A stretch of 64,000 nt of DNA from Ramazzottius varieornatus (Eukaryota; Animalia; Tardigrada), in NCBI GenBank assembly GCA_001949185.1, contig BDGG01000002.1, positions 837,481 through 901,480 of the forward strand. The letters are read 5' to 3'. The notes below the pieces were generated by a model. That model saw only the letters and a program-made list of their open reading frames with translations, did no database searches and was not told the origin of the DNA. Shown here piece by piece: positions 62,996 to 64,000 of this stretch (positions are counted from its first letter, which is position 1; each line of letters begins with the position of its first letter). Both the position numbers and the translations under genes were made by a program.

Positions 62996-63793
62996 TTCGC
63001 CAGTTTGTTTTAACAGCCGAATATGGATACGGTACAACGAGCAATATTTCTTGTAGAGGCTCGAAGAGAAAGAAGAATGGTGGGTAAGAGCCGTGAATTT
63101 TGACATGCGATGTGAGCGGATATGGGCTGGTATGCGCCTGTAGCGCCATCTACAGAAGGACTAGAATCTGTCTCGTTCCGCTACTTCCCTTTTCGTCACG
63201 CGTTCGATGCCTTTGGCGTAACTTAAAATTATTCTCGGTCCACGCCGTGAAAAAGAAGCTTTTACGGGTCAAGAAATCAGGCGAGCGTAACTGCATGAGA
63301 GCATTATAGATTAACAAGAGTTTTCACATCAAGTAGGGAATTCTAAAGTGGAGCAGCTGAGTGCAATTCTGCGATGGACAGAAGGCTAACTCGAGAAGGA
63401 ACATGAATCCATACGATAAAAGAAGCTAGGCATAACTTCACAAGGGATTAACGCCAGTCTGTCCACTCTGATCCTCAAACCAATATGATAGCATGATAGA
63501 GCAGAGTTTGCTCCACAAACTGAGATAAACTAAATCGGCGAAATAAAATCCTGGAAGACGCCACAGGAAGCGGAAGTGACGTCAAATTCAGGGCGGATCA
63601 CCAGTGTGACAGCAAATCAACTGATTTGATTGCCTGATGGTTGATTTAATATTGATTGAACCAGTTGCGCTTGTACTCTACGCTAAGCCAAGCGTAATCA
63701 GTTTTGCTGTGCCTGTTGCTTCATTGCTCTTACATTCATCGTTCCGTTACCGCGTGATTTCCACTGTCGCCCGAAATGAATTCCGTTAATCCG

Positions 63794-64000
63794 ATGAATG
63801 TGATGAAGCTTCTGGAGGAGGACTACAAGCAGCTCTTCCAACTGGATGGACAACCGAGCGAGGCTGATAAGCAGTTAAAAGAACTCGTCAAAGGTATTGT
63901 ACTGTTGCCGTTCACTATGGCTGACATTGATATGAGATATTCCACCTTTCTGTTTCTGTTTCAGAATTTATGGATGTTAAAATCAACCGATCAGGTAGTT
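63794..64000 (+). CDS. 5' end of an unidentified gene, truncated by the window
   Basis: Exon 63794-63893 (MNVMKLLEEDYKQLFQLDGQPSEADKQLKELVK) splices in phase to 63965 (EFMDVKINRSGS); upstream GGAAGCGGAAGTGACGTCA ETS/CRE-like motif near 63566. Confidence 0.55.
   Translation, partial: MNVMKLLEEDYKQLFQLDGQPSEADKQLKELVKGIVLLPFTMADIDMRYSTFLFLFQNLWMLKSTDQVV

Overview
Eukaryotic, invertebrate genomic DNA with compact GT-AG introns, so most genes are split and only partly visible in the ORF track. Intron size and gene content, including a secreted fungal Rds1-type ferritin-like gene, suggest a tardigrade (inference only). Genes assembled by hand, in order: atypical soluble guanylyl-cyclase-like protein (Gyc88E-type H-NOX, degenerate cyclase), secreted Gly/Ser/Tyr-rich protein, TMED7/p24, lipoyl synthase with an antisense SPT small-subunit gene nested in intron 3, trypsin-like pseudogene, secreted ferritin-like protein, divergent nuclear receptor, GPCR pseudogene, MFSD11 plus a truncated duplicate, ANP32, pyruvate kinase, MESH1/HDDC3, catalytically dead astacin-C-type-lectin fusion, AKH/GnRH-type receptor, and a gene start at the right edge. 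Mobile DNA comprises a hAT element nested in another hAT element (both with perfect 8-bp TSDs), a Harbinger-type transposase with a related short element, a pogo HTH remnant and several MITEs. Most unusual signals: (1) a fixed-geometry palindrome, CAAGTGGCGCAC-N24/25-GTGCGCCACTTG, at 11 loci that all lie in introns, often as ~82-bp tandem pairs with unconserved spacers; (2) the inner hAT element carries a second spliced gene and six internal pairs of GTTGG-N4-CCAAC palindromes; (3) three intact genes whose catalytic residues appear replaced. All exon models and alignments are by eye.
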